Assembly: GCA_026914245.1 (NCBI GenBank)
Contig: CP110440.1
Location: 4,092,001-4,156,000 of the forward strand
Length of the DNA stretch: 64,000 nucleotides
Reading direction: 5' to 3'
Source: Puccinia triticina
Lineage: Eukaryota
Shown here one piece after another: positions 39,930-53,460 of this stretch (within the stretch, counting starts at the first letter, position 1; each line of letters begins with the position of its first letter). Position numbers and translations under genes: made by a program. The notes below the pieces were generated by a model. The model was not told the origin of the DNA. It saw only the letters and a list, made by a program, of their open reading frames with translations, and did no database searches.

Positions 39930-41440
39930 ATGTTATTAAACGACATCCTTGTTTATTTTCAGATCTTATGTTACTATAGTGCTTCAGCGCTTCCAGTCTC
40001 ACATTCAAAGAATCATGTAAAAAGAATGGAAGATCAATGTCAGCCAGGCAAGCAATTTGGCCAAATCAGAGAAATCATAGAAGAAATTCAATGTAAGTTG
40101 AATTTTCATCCATCTGTTGTTTCCGATGTATTAGAGTTTCTGTGTGATTTTTTCTTTCAATCATAATCATTCATTCAGTTAAGATTTGTAGGTGATTCAA
40201 GTTTAAGAGATAGTAAAACCCTTCCAGGTACAGGATTGCAGCAAGCGGAAAAAAGTATGTCAACCTTGTTGAATAATGGATGTTGGATCCAACTCTATGC
40301 ACCAGGCAGCTAAATTTCTATATCATCCATTATCACCATCAGATGAGGGAGACAGAAGTAAAAATCTGGGAAATTCAGTGGTCCCTGAGGCTGCAGGATC
40401 TACTTCAATGGAATCTCAGGCAAATTATAATCATAACTGTCAGAAATCATTCCTTTAGCAGAACTTATTTGCAGCTCATAGTTGAAATCATATCACTTTT
40501 TGAATGTTAACAAAAATTGACAACTCATCCTATAGAGTTGATATCACTTGAGGCAGAAATGCAAAGTTTTGGAAGAGAAATGCCAATGGGGATGAGAAAT
40601 TTGAAGTATGAACAGGGTTTGTGATTTGAATCTTGGAAGATGATGTTTTTCAAATAAAAGGGTCAGGCCACTAAATCTTCATCTTATTTATTAGATGTGT
40701 CAAATAATTCACTGGGTAAAAGAGTTGGTAGTTTTTTAAATTCTTTTTTCAATTGGCCTGTAACTTTATGTTAGGCATCAAAGAGTTATTTCCACATACA
40801 TTATCTGTGAAAGAAAAAAGGAGCTTTTATCTTGCCACTGGATAAACTCTTTTATTTTGATCAAGCAAACAATTATCGATCATCAATTATGTGGCCAATT
40901 TTCATATAATATTAATGTTTAGTCAGTAACTGACGTTTTTCTCTTGTTTTGATCCACACAGTTTAAGAACAATCCTTATTGCCTGAGATGCATCTTGCCG
41001 TGGTGAAAAAAACTAGCAGCTCTTATACAATCTTTTTCATTTCCTAATCAAATTTCAAGCCTCAAAGAAAACTAAAGAAACGGAAAAACTAAATCCCCAC
41101 CATGTGATTTCCAATTTGAAGATACTCATTCTTGTCATCCTGAAATTTTCAAGCTACATATAGCTCACCAGATTAAATAATTGAGAATATTACTAGTCAA
41201 ATAGATTTCACATCTATTTCCTTCATTAACTCAGATATTCCTTTTAAACCTCAAATTTGGATCAGAATCCTTCAAAGAGAATTTCCCTTATTTCTTCTCA
41301 TCTATTTTTTGATCTTCAAAAAATTGAAATGAACTGCTACTGTAACAAGTTGCCACATTCACACTATTTTCTTCAAGTCTATATAAATTATGAAAATGGT
41401 AATTGGAATTTGGGTTATGTGAATCACCAGCAGAGCTCCT
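39930..41440 (+). pseudogene. Degenerate member of a lineage-specific secreted protein family
   Basis: Exon 1 MLLNDILVYFQILCYYSASALPVSHSKNHVKRMEDQCQP... has a signal peptide and KR. Exon 2 from 40191 hits a stop quickly. Downstream is AT-rich and broken; the 3' limit is approximate. Confidence 0.6.
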
Positions 41441-41776
41441 GGGCATACTTAGCGGCAGAGCTGCTAGAGATGGTCACTTCAAACCAGCTGTGGGTATCCC
41501 CTATCCGCTGGCAGGTACCCGCCAAGGCCAACAGGTACCTGCCAGCGGATGTGGATTTCTGAGATCCTGGGAAAAATCCAGCGGATACCCAGGTATATGG
41601 AAGGGTATCTAATCACCCTATCCCTAGGGTATGTGAGCCGCAGCTTAGCAACACACAATCTCTGTGCCAGCTTACCCTTGGCCCCACACCCCCGTCTCCC
41701 CCTTCAAATGACACAAGCAATGACTGGGAGGCTTTGTGACTCACAGAGTGCATGCTGCAACACTGCAAGAAAAACT

Positions 41777-43578
41777 CTAGAAACTGCTTGCAGTTGAGAT
41801 GCAAGATCTCAAGGCAAGCTGTGCCTCATGCAAGAATCATGCACTGGTTGATTCAATTTCCATGCACATTGCATAATTTATGCAAGAATGAGTCTAAGGT
41901 ACAAAAAACTGAGTACAGGATCCAAAATACTGAGTTGATACCTGTGCAAATTTCCCTTTCATGTGAAAATTCCCCTTTCATGTGAAAATTCCCCTTTCAT
42001 GTGAAAATTCCCCTTTCATGTGAAAATTCCCCTTTCATGTGCACATACCCCTTTCATGTGCACATACCCTTCATGTGCACATACGCACCCCCGAATAAAA
42101 CTTCTTTAATTGCTAAAAAAAGGGCCTGAGAACCCACACATGCTGATCTTGCAAAGATTGTCCCACCCAGCCCCTTCCCAGTGCAAGAATGCCTCCTTGG
42201 CCTTCAGTTACCCCTCCCAATGGCCGCCGATGTAATAGGTCATCAAAGGGAGAAGACAGTGGCCATCGAGAGGACTCTCCTCCTCTAGATGTGCAGTCGG
42301 ACCGGCCATCGAAGGGAGTGTTTACTCCATTCAATGGCCAGTCTCCTTGTCAAGAATGTACAAGTGCCAAGGATTCTGCCCGGTGGGGATGAATCATTCT
42401 TGGCAAGCATATGTGCAGGTGATTGCCGGGGAGCAACCTCGGCAAGGATGTAGACTAGCTGGTGCATTGTAAGGAGCAATATTCCCCCCGGGCCCGGCGA
42501 GCCAAGTAAATTACAAGGAGCAATATTCTCCCCGGCCCGGCGAGCAAAGACACCTTCCGCCGTCCGGCCAGCCAATACACATAGCTGCTGTCCGCCTGGA
42601 GCAGCCTTCCTTGGTTAGCAGGTACGGACTGCTCCATGGTGGAATCCTTCCCGATGTGCAGGTGCTCACCAAAGAAGTTACCTTTTTTTACGCGGTTGTT
42701 GTTCTGGTGGAGACTGTTGCTGATTTGTCCTCGCAACTGGCTCTCTTTTCGGAAATAGAGAAGTTTTATTCAATTCCTCTGCACATACCCCTTTCATGTG
42801 CACATATCCCTTTTGTATGTATTCAACCCTTTCATAATGTGTACATATCCCTTTATGTGCACATACCCCTTTCATGTGCGTGTATCCCTTTCATGTGTGT
42901 GTATCCCTTTCATGTGCATGTATCCCTTTCATGTACATGTATCCCTTTCATGTGTGTGCATCCCTTTCATGTGTATGTATCCCTTTCATGTGAATGTCTA
43001 TTCCCTTTCACAATGTGTACATACCCCTTTCATCATGCTTTCATGACCATTTCATGTTTACATGTCCCCTTTGAGTTTTTTACATCCTTTTCAACCCTTT
43101 CATCATTCAGGTTTACATACCCCTTTGATGTTTACATATCCCTTTCATGTCCAAATACCCCTTACTGCACATACCCCTTTCATGCATACATACCCCTTTC
43201 ATGCATTCATTACATATCCCTTCTATGTGTTAATACACCTTTTCACATTCCCCTTTCATGCATACATATTCCTCTCATATGTACATGTCCCTTTCATGTG
43301 TACATACCCTTTTTATGTTATTCTGGCTGGATTCAATGGCACATGGAGTGTTTTCTAAAAGCAAATAAAAGGGTGCTCAGGGGGATGCTCATTTGCAAGG
43401 TTGAACATTTGTCTCAGCCTACCGCATGAGCACTACAGCATGTAATTAAGCATTGAGATGCCGGGCCCAAACAAGGTACACACTGAAGGTGCACCAGCAT
43501 GGAATTTGGGTGCTTGACTCCAGCTTGAGCTGAGGCTTGATTCAAGCTTGCTGCATCTCAACTGCAAGCAGTTTCTTG
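41777..43578. mobile_element. Non-autonomous TIR element with internal minisatellites
   Basis: 25-bp inverted repeat AGAAACTGCTTGCAGTTGAGATGCA at both ends. CCCTTTCATGTG-based 16-19-bp tandem arrays at 41950-42085 and 42780-43320. No clean TSD. Confidence 0.65.
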
Positions 43579-44083
43579 AAAAGAACCAAAGTTCATGGTT
43601 GACAAACCTATGAAACTTTGTGAGTGAGAAAGATGTTCTGATTCACTAAGAGGATACAAGATTACTTGTGTTTTGATTGAAGCATACTCCATATGATATA
43701 TAAGCATATGGGTATCTCAACAGAATTGTATCAACCCAGTGTTTCCTGTAACCTGCTGTTCTTATGAAGAAGAGCCAGACTGTGACAGGTTGTGACAGGA
43801 GTAGGTGGTTTCAAAAAAGGAATATGGCAAACAAGTCACAGATTTTCCAAGCAAGTATTTTCCTCTCCCAGCCAACTTTAATGCTAAATTTGATGCTACT
43901 GTCAAAATTTGACTCTGCAGCAGCAACACATCATTTTTTCCCGGCCCTAACAGTAACAGAATTCTCTCATTCCCCTGCCATTTGAAACTCTGTCCCCTCA
44001 TTGATGGTGTTCAGCGCCCTCAAACCATTGGTTTGATATGATTTCTGGGACCCCTTTTTCACCAAAACCATATCCCTAAGAAC

Positions 44084-44455
44084 TAAGGTTCCGATCCGGA
44101 CCCCGCAGATCCGGAGAAATCCGGAAACCCCGCATACCGGATCAGGGTTCGGGATTGAGCTTGAGAGATCCGGCATCTGGCCGGATAGTGAAAAGCACTC
44201 CAAAAGCAAGATTTATGCGGGTAAACCTCAGAAAACACCCGAAAATAGGGTCTTTTCTCGGGGAATACCCGTGAAACCCGCATGAATCGGGAACTCTACC
44301 GGGGAATCCCCGGCATACCCGATCAAATTGGCACTTTTTTTGGGAAATGCCCCTTGCTTTCAGATCCGGGAAAATCCGGCCGGATTCCGGATAAGACTAG
44401 GGTCAGGGTGCGGGATGGCTGATATCCGGCTCCGGGGCACCGGATTGGAACCTTA
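44084..44455. mobile_element. hAT-type MITE (372 bp)
   Basis: TIRs TAAGGTTCCGATCCGG / CCGGATTGGAACCTTA; perfect 8-bp TSD CTAAGAAC; many ATCCGG subterminal motifs. Confidence 0.92.
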
Positions 44456-45258
44456 CTAAGAACTAGCACTGGCTATCCAGTTATGGGTGTACAATTCAGA
44501 TATTGGACTGCTGGTCTAACTTAGATGTCATATAGGCATTAACTTCAACAGCAAGGTTTGGCTGGGTGAGGAAAATCAGCATTTGGAAAAATCAAGACCC
44601 CTTTGCCATCCAAGCTTAACAAACCCTCCTCTGTCTTGCAGAGGGGTGTAAGAGCCTCAAATAGGCTGCTGGAACTGAGAACAAAGGATCTGAGACTGGC
44701 ACAAGGCAAAGGCCTTTGAGGGAAAACTTCTAGAACCAATGGGGCTTTGGATTGCAAAACTAGCTCAGAGGAAGTGTCAGTACTTCCCAACTATCTACGG
44801 CTAGAAGGGGAAAGGAAACAAAGGAAAGAGGAAAGGAAAGAAGGAAGAAAGGTGGGGTGCTCGCCTAGCTCAGAGGAAGAGTCAGTACTTCCCTACCAAG
44901 CTAGGTTGGTGCGGGGAGTTGAGGCCTAAGTCTAAGAGTTCTGCCAAGGACAGGTCTGTGACATTCTTGTGACTGTTCTTGTGAGCCCGCAGGAGATTGG
45001 TCCACAAGAGGCTTGCCTCCAAGTGTCAAATTTTGGTGTAGATCCTGATGGCTGTAAGTATACCAGGTCAAATACAGGTTAGACAGGCATATTTTTAGTT
45101 TTTTTTCTTCTTTCAAATTTGACTTGTCCCCCAAAACAAGCTAGGGATGTAATATTAGTAGCCCCATCTACTGACTCACCTCTTCTTCCTACCCTCAATC
45201 ATATGCTCACATTTCAAAGCCCAAATATAAAATCTTCAATCCACAGGCTTCTGAAGCC

Positions 45259-47235
45259 ATGTTATTAACTAAGTTTTTAGTTCCCTTTCAACTCTTGCAT
45301 TGCTATAATGCTTCAGTGCTTCCAGTCTTGCACTCAAAGAATCATGCAAAAAGAATGGGAGAATGTCAACCAGCCAAGCAGTTGGGTCAAATCAGAGAAG
45401 CCGTAGAAGATATTCAACGTATGTTGAAATGGTCTTCCAGCCATTGTTTCCAAGTTATTGTGATTGTTGTCTGGCTTTTGATGTCAATAAAACCATTCAA
45501 TAGGTAAATCAAGTTTTGGAGCTAGTAGAAACCTTCAAGTTCCAGATAAGCAATTGGAATCTGTCTCCAGCTGGACCCGCTCGACGGCCACAGCCGAAGA
45601 CGAAACAGGCGACGTCGAAGAGGCCGAAGACGGAAGTCAAGACCCAACCTCCTCTCCATGGAACTTCCCCAACCTCATCCTCAACGAAGCTGCCTCCAGT
45701 TCACTTCAGCCTCGTCCATCAGCTCCTCGCTCTCGCCCAGCCCCACACATCAACCTGCCCGAAACGCTTCCCTCGACATCCCGCTCCCAGCTCCTTCGAA
45801 TCCTCGACACTTGGTCCTTTGACGCCAACTCGCTGTCTCCCGCCGAGATCCGCGGCTCGCTGCATGTGTTGCTGGCCGTCTATCTGGAGTATACCCCCGG
45901 CTTCACTCAGAAGCTCGCAGGCCTCGGCGTAGTCGGCCCCGAACAATGTCTCCAAAGTCTGGTGGACACGCTTGAAGTGGCCTACGATCAACGGAACGCC
46001 TACCACAACTTTCGCCATGCTGTTGATGTCGTGCAAGCCCTCTACACGATGCTCTCACATGAAGGCCTCGTCCCTCCTCTGGCTTGGGTTCTACAGAAGG
46101 AGTCTGCTTCCAACTCCGCCGACTCTTGGAAACGTCAACCTGTGGGACGTATCGGCTCGTTGCTAGATGAAATGAGCGTATGGGCCCTCCTTTTAGCTGC
46201 TGCTGGTCATGATGTTGGACATCCGGGCCTGACTAATGCGTTCATGGCAAGTCCTCCTTACCTCTTCTGCCTCTCGCTCGCATGTTTTTTTTTCTAACGC
46301 TGGGCACATCTTGGTTTGATCAGGTCAACGCTCGAACCCCTATTGCTTCTGTATTTCCAGACGGTGCCTTGCTGGAAAACTTCCATCTTGTCACATTCAC
46401 GAGGATGTTAAGAGAGCATGGGTTCGAGAAAATGGTTGATGGGGACCCCGCATTCAGGCAAGTTCTTGTCGAGGCTGTGCTAGCCACTGATATGGCGCGA
46501 CATTTTCCAATTGTGGAAGAACTGAACCGCCTAGCCTCTAAGTGGGCTACAGCTCCGGAAGATGACCCCCACAATCCCGATGAGCACCTAGCCGCAAAAC
46601 TCTTGATCACGGCTGGTCTCATGAAGTGTGCAGACATCTCAAACCCGGTACGTCTTCGCGCTGCCTTCTTTTCGCCAACCACACACTGCCCACTCATCAA
46701 TCCTGCCCTTTGTAGAGCCGCCCGCATCACATCTCTCTGACGTGGTCTTCATGCCTCCTGAACGAGTGGGCCCGTCAAGCAGCACTAGAAGCTGATCTCC
46801 GCCTACCCATTAGCGTTGTGACCCTCGATCCTGCCGACAAGCGTGCTCAAGCTAAGAGTCAAATCGGCTTCACCACCCTGTTTGTTCTGCCCCTCTTCAC
46901 AGTCATGGAGCAGCTCAGTCCGAAAGGTCAGTAAATCATGCCTCCTCTCCACATGTTCCCCCAGGCTCATATGACTGCCCGCAATTCCCACCACAGCATT
47001 CCAACCATTCGCGGACAACTGCCGGCTCGGCCTGAAAACATGGCAACAAGTGCTCGAACAGATCGACAGTCGCATTCCTCTACCCCAGCCTGCCGTTCCC
47101 ACCCACCCTAAACCACGCCCTCTGCACCCTTCAACTACTTCCTCAACCGACGCCATCCTCGCTCAACATCCTACGGATATCCCCCAGGATACCAGTTCGC
47201 TACTGCCTCCGGATGAGACTATCTTCTCACCGTGA
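45259..47235 (+). CDS. Class I 3',5'-cyclic nucleotide phosphodiesterase catalytic domain, predicted to be fused to a signal-peptide exon
   Basis: Motifs YHNFRHAVDV, HDVGHPG, LENFH, LATDMARH, KCADISNP, SQIGF. Introns 45419-45503, 46247-46323 (GC-AG), from 46648 and from about 46927. The PDE call is strong; the 5' exon linkage is predicted. Confidence 0.85.
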
Positions 47236-47641
47236 CCAGGCTGCTCTCCGGAAGGTCTCTACTCCCAGCTCATCGCGATGGGCACCATCTCGTCCCCATC
47301 GCAGACTTTGCTCACCGATCTCTGATGGTGTCTTAATCCAGGAATCACTTTCTGTATTGTGCTCTTTATATTGTGCTCTTTTGAGATAATCCTTTTACTA
47401 ACTAGTAAGTAGAGAACACAATCTCTTACCCTTGATCCAATTTAGCATTAAATCAATTCCGCCCTTTTCCTACATATATCTTCCCTACTACAATTATAAA
47501 ATTATATTCCTTTATTAGGGTTTGGTATTAAGAGCCTGTTGAGCTATTTAGCCAACTATAAACTATCACTATCCAAGATATATCATTGATTGTTCCTACA
47601 ATACACTTGTTTTTGAAGAGGCCTGATTCATTGGCTAATCC

Positions 47642-48445
47642 TGTAAGAGCTGTGAATGCTTTTCACTGTAGGGGACAAAGGGACAAGGCAGAGAGGCCTT
47701 GGAGCAATTCTTGCAACAGTCTTGGGGGCTTTATTTCATGTAGCTAGCTTAGTGAGAGAGGGATTAGTTGTTGAAACTCCACCTCTCTTTCCTATTGTCT
47801 CTCCCTTTTGCATCCCTGTCACTCCTTTCCTTCCTCCTAGATGAATATACATGTCCACCTTCTGCCCACAACCTGTCCCTCAGTTGTAAAAGCTATAAAC
47901 CCTGCTCATCTGGATAATCATAACACATCAGTTCTCTGCACCTGTTCCCTGAGACCCAGTGAGTCTCTTGTAGTGAGAGGCTTTTCTCCCCTTCACAAGC
48001 TAGCAGCTAGGCCCCCTTTCTGGGCTTCCTTGGATTTTTTCCGGCCTTGAGCTTTTTTCCTCAGGCCTGTGTTCCCTGCTTGCTGCAACTTGGAGTCACC
48101 ATTTCTTGGACAGTGACCGGACCGCTGGGGGAGGTCACCTAGGTCCAAGCACGCAAGCGGGTGGAGCAGGCCAAACCAGGAGGTATAGAGAAATGAGTCT
48201 GAGAAGAGCCCCATGAATTACACACGTGCACTGCAGTATAAGAGAGGTTTTTGATCTGGTAACTGGCTTTCTTAAAGCAAGACCCAGAAAGCACCACATT
48301 GCCCCAAACCTTTTCCCTTTGTTCCAATACCCAAACCAGTTTGCACAACCATTTCAATTGCAATGACCAAGTAAGTCTGCTTGAGCTTTTTCTGCTTCTT
48401 CCCAGTTCTAAAATCAATTGTAGGCCCTTCCCCAGGTCTCTTACA
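47642..48445. mobile_element. Possible degenerate solo LTR
   Basis: TGTAAGAG...CTCTTACA termini, TATAAA near 47894, non-coding. No matching TSD. Confidence 0.4.
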
Positions 48446-49948
48446 ATGTCCAGTACAAATTTGCTGGTAATTGCAACTTAGCCAAGACCTTTGGCCTTTT
48501 CCAATCCGGCAGAGGAATGCATCTGTCTGGATACTTTTCCAGATATAGCATTCAATAAAAGATTCTCCAGGTCAACATCAGTATTCTGTTCTAAACCAGT
48601 TTTTGCAAATGGGAAACTGTAAATTTAAGTGGCTCTTTTGCTGGAAATGAGTTCAGAGGGAATAATGTTAGGCATAGTGGAGGCTATGAATGGTGTGGAA
48701 GATGTAGAGACAAACAATGTGGTTAACTTAGATGTAATCCAGGCTGGTGTTTTTCAAATCATGTAACTGACTGTATCAGCTCCTTTTGTTGATATGAGGA
48801 TTGGAGTTTTACCGTTGTTATTATAATTAGAACTGTGCTAATTCTAAGTTTGTTTCAGGGAGTGTGTAGAGCTGGGTGTGGCCTAGCGCAAAGGATGATC
48901 TATGACAGGATTGTCTCCAGGCGCGGAAAAGCTGTGTTGTTCCCTACGCAGTACAATGATAAATGCCTCCAGAAGTTGAAAAGAATCTGTAACTTCCCAG
49001 CCAGCAGCAGAACTGACAGCATGCAGAAGAAAGCAAACAGCATCCAACACAGATCCAGTTAAATTCCATGGTGTATGGCAGCTACCTGGTCCAGGTACCT
49101 GCCTTTTTTGCACCTGTTTTTCAAAACATGTACCAGTAAGCAGAAAAGGGTGCCTGGTATCATCCCTAACCCAAAGATTATTGATCTAAAATAGTAATGT
49201 ATCTGTTGGATTGGCACACAAATAAATTTTTAAAAACTATTTCCAAGAAATAGTCATAACATTGGTGTTTTTTATATGATATCCCCTTGAAGGGTTTCTT
49301 GTTGGAATTTCACTATTTCTATCTGTTTCACCTGTATTTTGTTTCACCTGTTGCATATGAATATGCATTTAGTTTCACCTTCTGTCCCACAACTAAGCCA
49401 TCAATGTTGTAACAGCATTTAATCCAACTTATTAGATAGAAATAAAACCCATCAGTTCTTCTGCAAACTGTTACCTGTGGTCTCTACTGGATAAAACCCC
49501 TTGTAGTGTGAGCATTTTTCAGTCAAAAAAGATAGCAGCTCCAAACCCTCCTGAAGGGCTTTCTTGGCCCCTTTTTTTTCCTCTGAGTTCCTTGAAGTTG
49601 GTTTTTCTCTGGTTGATCTCTCATACACTTTGGCTTCCTTTCCTTGCTTCAAAGGTATGTGGGAAAATATTGTATTCTGTGGAAAAAGAAGTAAACTGGA
49701 TTGGTAAATGCAACTGGTATATTTCATTGTTTTATATAAACTTTGCTCTAACTCAAATTCTTTTGCTTGAATTCCATTTTGTTTTACTTTGACTTGAAGT
49801 TCAAATGATTCATGATTAAGCAAAAATCTTTCATGATGAGTCAAAATACTAAGAAATCTGAAGACAAAAGAAATGCTATTTTTGAGAAATGAATGGGGAT
49901 AAATTAAATGGCCCTAGGGATAGAAATTATAATTTTCTGGACTAATTT

Positions 49949-52597
49949 TTACATTGGAAAGAGGTTATTCAAAGAAGATTGGCCATCAATATTGAATTTT
50001 TTATTCAATATTGAAACCACAGTATTCCAATAATCTTTATCATCTTTGAAAGAATTTATAAATTCTTGATCCCCTTGATTCTTGATCCAATAACCAATCA
50101 AAAAAAGTGACAATCTAATGACTTGGGGATTGGGCTGTGAATTACCAAAGTAGTACATTATCAATAGTTGGCTGGCCAAAAAATCTAAAGAACTAGGAGG
50201 ATCTTTTGATAAATTTCTGTTTTTAATTGCCCAATTTCCAAAGAGTGGTAATACAGTGCCTCTTTGTCCTAGGATTAACTCATGAAGCCATTCATAAAAC
50301 TTTCCTCTGTGGATGTCTTTGTCCCAATTTTTGATCCTTGATTTGAATGAGTCTTCTAAACCTATAAAGCATGCCTTCAAGTGCACTATCAATGTACTTA
50401 GCTTTGTCAGGAATTCATGTCTGTATACTCTCTCTCTTGTGTTTAAGATAAGAAAAGCAAAGCCTTCAGATGAGTTTTCACTTTCATCATATCTGAGGTC
50501 TCTGACTACAATTGGAAGGTCTTTGGATACAATCTCCCCTGATTTGGAATATGTTTTACCTTTTTCCCAAGCCATATTGAATTGTTCAAATATTTCCCCT
50601 TCTTCTCTTTCAAATTTTATTCTATTTGTAAGCTTGAAATATCTTGGTTTCAATGATTCTGGAAAGAAGCTCATTGGTGGTATTTCAAAGTTCCCCACTT
50701 GGCGGAAAGGATCATCAGACATTTTAGTTGGTTTTTGGAATGATAAGTTTGTCTTCACACCCTTGTACAAAATCCTCTTCAATAAAATCTCCAAATCTTG
50801 CTTTTCATCAAGACCCTGAAGCCAATTTGAAAGTTCAGGTTGAAAATGTTCATAGTAAATTTTTATCAGAAAAAGGGCCAATTGGATTGCATCACTTGAA
50901 GTTACTTTACAGGAAAGATAATTTGATACTCTTGACTGGATTGGACCAAACTTCATCCCTTCAATATTTTTCACAATTCCAAGAACAGGGAAAATATTGC
51001 CCCCAGGATTGAAAGTCTGGTCAAATAGCCAATTTACCAGCTTATTATTAGCTTCATGCTCCACTTTGTGATCAACTTTGCCACCCCAGAAATCAAATAA
51101 TACAGACTTGTTGATCAATAAGAGCCATTTGATCAATAGGATTGATGATAACTGAACTGATTTTCTATCTTGAAGAATTTTGGGAGTTTTAGATTTAGTA
51201 TGATGTATACCTGTTCTTATAACCCTGACTGTATAGAATTCATCTTTTGTGTTGTATTTTATCCTGACAGGATATTCCTTCATTGAATCAACATACAAAT
51301 TTTTCACCCTCCCCCTTGTATATTTGGCAAATATGCTCCAAATTTTCTTCCTAAATTTGGGAATGAATTCATCAAAAAATGTACCGGTCATTGAATACTT
51401 TCTTCTGGAATCAGGTGGGTGATGTATAAAATATTCTATTTCAAATTCTGAGACAGTAGGGTGTAGAACCCAATCCTCTGTATCTTTTGCAGATATAACT
51501 AGATCTTTTCCTCCACCATCTTGGATTCCATCCAAATTACCTGGAATTTCAAGGCCAGAAATTCCATCCATATGATTTCTAGGGTTGCCATTATGCTCAT
51601 GTGGAATATCTATTCTAGAAAGCAATGCAGAGCTTCCTAGAGAATGGTCTGAAATAAGACAGAGGAAGGTTTTGCAAGAAACAAAATCAGGTCAGGATGG
51701 AATGAATTAGAAGGGCCTAACTCACTTTGATCTATATGAACAAGATCTTCAACTGGGTAAAATTGATTAGGTTGTATGTGATCCTGAACAGGTAAATCTG
51801 AGGGCATCTTCAAGTTTGAATCCAATTGGTTCCAGTATTGTTGAAATTTTGGATGAATATGTTCAAATGGAAACCTGTTTTGTTGTGAGAGTCCAGATGA
51901 TTCTGGGTTATCAAGGAGTGAATAGTGCAATCCAGGGCGGAATGCCATGGAGTTTGATGTTTCAGAAATTTTTCCCTTTGTTTGAAAATCAAGTCCTTTG
52001 TGATTTGGATTGCCATAAGATTGTACTCGGAAAGCGGGATTGTGTGACGGGATGGTTGGAAGAAAGCTGGAGAGTTGATGATAGTTCTGATCTAATTGAG
52101 CAATTCCAAGTGGGTTGAGTGTCTGAAAAGGATTATGTCCTGTGGAGAAGTCATTCGTGTTGAACCTGGGTTGTGAACTTGCCACATCATATTGGACTGT
52201 CTTTTGTCTCTTATAAGGTCCTTCTGATAACAAAAAATTATTTTCTGGATTTCCTGCTTTGAAAAGAGACCGACTAAGAAAAATGATGACAGTTGGGACT
52301 GTGACAAAACGCTGCAGAAACATCAACTTCTACATTACCTTGGTAGTTACTATGCCTGTCGGAGTGGCCTGTTTGACTGGGTATGAGTTGATGAGGTTCT
52401 GGGGGGCCCTTTCGGTCGAGCAATAGCTTCCCTCGGTTGAACACTTCGAAGAGATCTTCAGATCCTGAGTCAAAATCAAATCGAAACGCACTATCTGCGT
52501 CTGAACCCGGGAACGCTGGACGAGCCAATGCAGGTCTGGAAGCCAAGTAACACAGCACTGAGTACCTGAGAAGGCTGAGATTCGGATACATCATCAT
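49949..52597 (-). CDS. Large lineage-specific secreted protein (~825 aa, 3 exons), effector candidate
   Basis: N-terminus MMMYPNLSLLRYSVLCYLASRPALA-RP. Two GT-AG introns join ORFs 52274-52648, 51637-52326 and 49949-51625 in frame. Confidence 0.75.
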
Positions 52598-53460
52598 CAC
52601 AAATGCTATTGCCAAACTTGAGGGGATCGTGTACTTGAACTCAGGCACTGTGGAGGGACATCTGCCTGGTCCGACTTCACAAATTTGACTCTATTGTGGT
52701 ATAGTCTTCGCACCTCTGCTCGAAATAAAAGTGCGGCAGGAGCAAAGCGCCTCGCCGTGGCGCGGGTCTCTGTGAAACAGGCGGGGCTGCCCCTTGGGGT
52801 CACTGAGTGGCTTTGTTCGCCTGTGCGGGACCTGGCGTCGTTTACCGCAACAAATACATACCGACCCTTGCCGAGAGTATCTGCAGTTGAACGCAGGGTG
52901 ATTGTCACAAGTTTGATAAGCTGGGATCAAGAGGTGAGACGGGTTGAGTGTGATGATAAGCTTTTGATGGTCCGAATCGCGATAGATCGCGATCCATGGC
53001 CGTCCGAGGACGTCGCCGACCTTCCAATCAAACCTGCGGCCTTCCATGTGGGATTGATTCTAGATGGATGATGAATGGCTGTCTGCGCTACAAGGCCGAG
53101 CCACACATTCCTATTTTTGGCCAAAAGCAGGTGTGTAATAATAATCCAAGGGAAAACGGGGGCCTTCCGGGCGCCAGGCCCATCAGCTTCCACACCAGAA
53201 TTGGCCGCTTGGGGGTGAGCCTCTCTGTGAGACAGAGACCCTGCAGGGCCCTCCTGCAGAGAGGCTTTGTCAAGCTCGCTTCGAGCCTCGGAATGAATAT
53301 GTATGTGTGAAATTCTGGACGGGGTGGTGATACCGACGGGGGCGGAGTGAAGTCCACGTGGGTTTCACAAATCCGGTGTCACCCGTTGCATCCATGAACC
53401 CGCTCACCAGGAATACCCCCGGCGGGTAGGACGACTACAGCGAGAAGACGACCGGCGACG

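Noticed and set aside
42611..43429. 272-aa Cys/His-rich ORF
   Set aside because: Arises from the CCCTTTCATGTG minisatellite.
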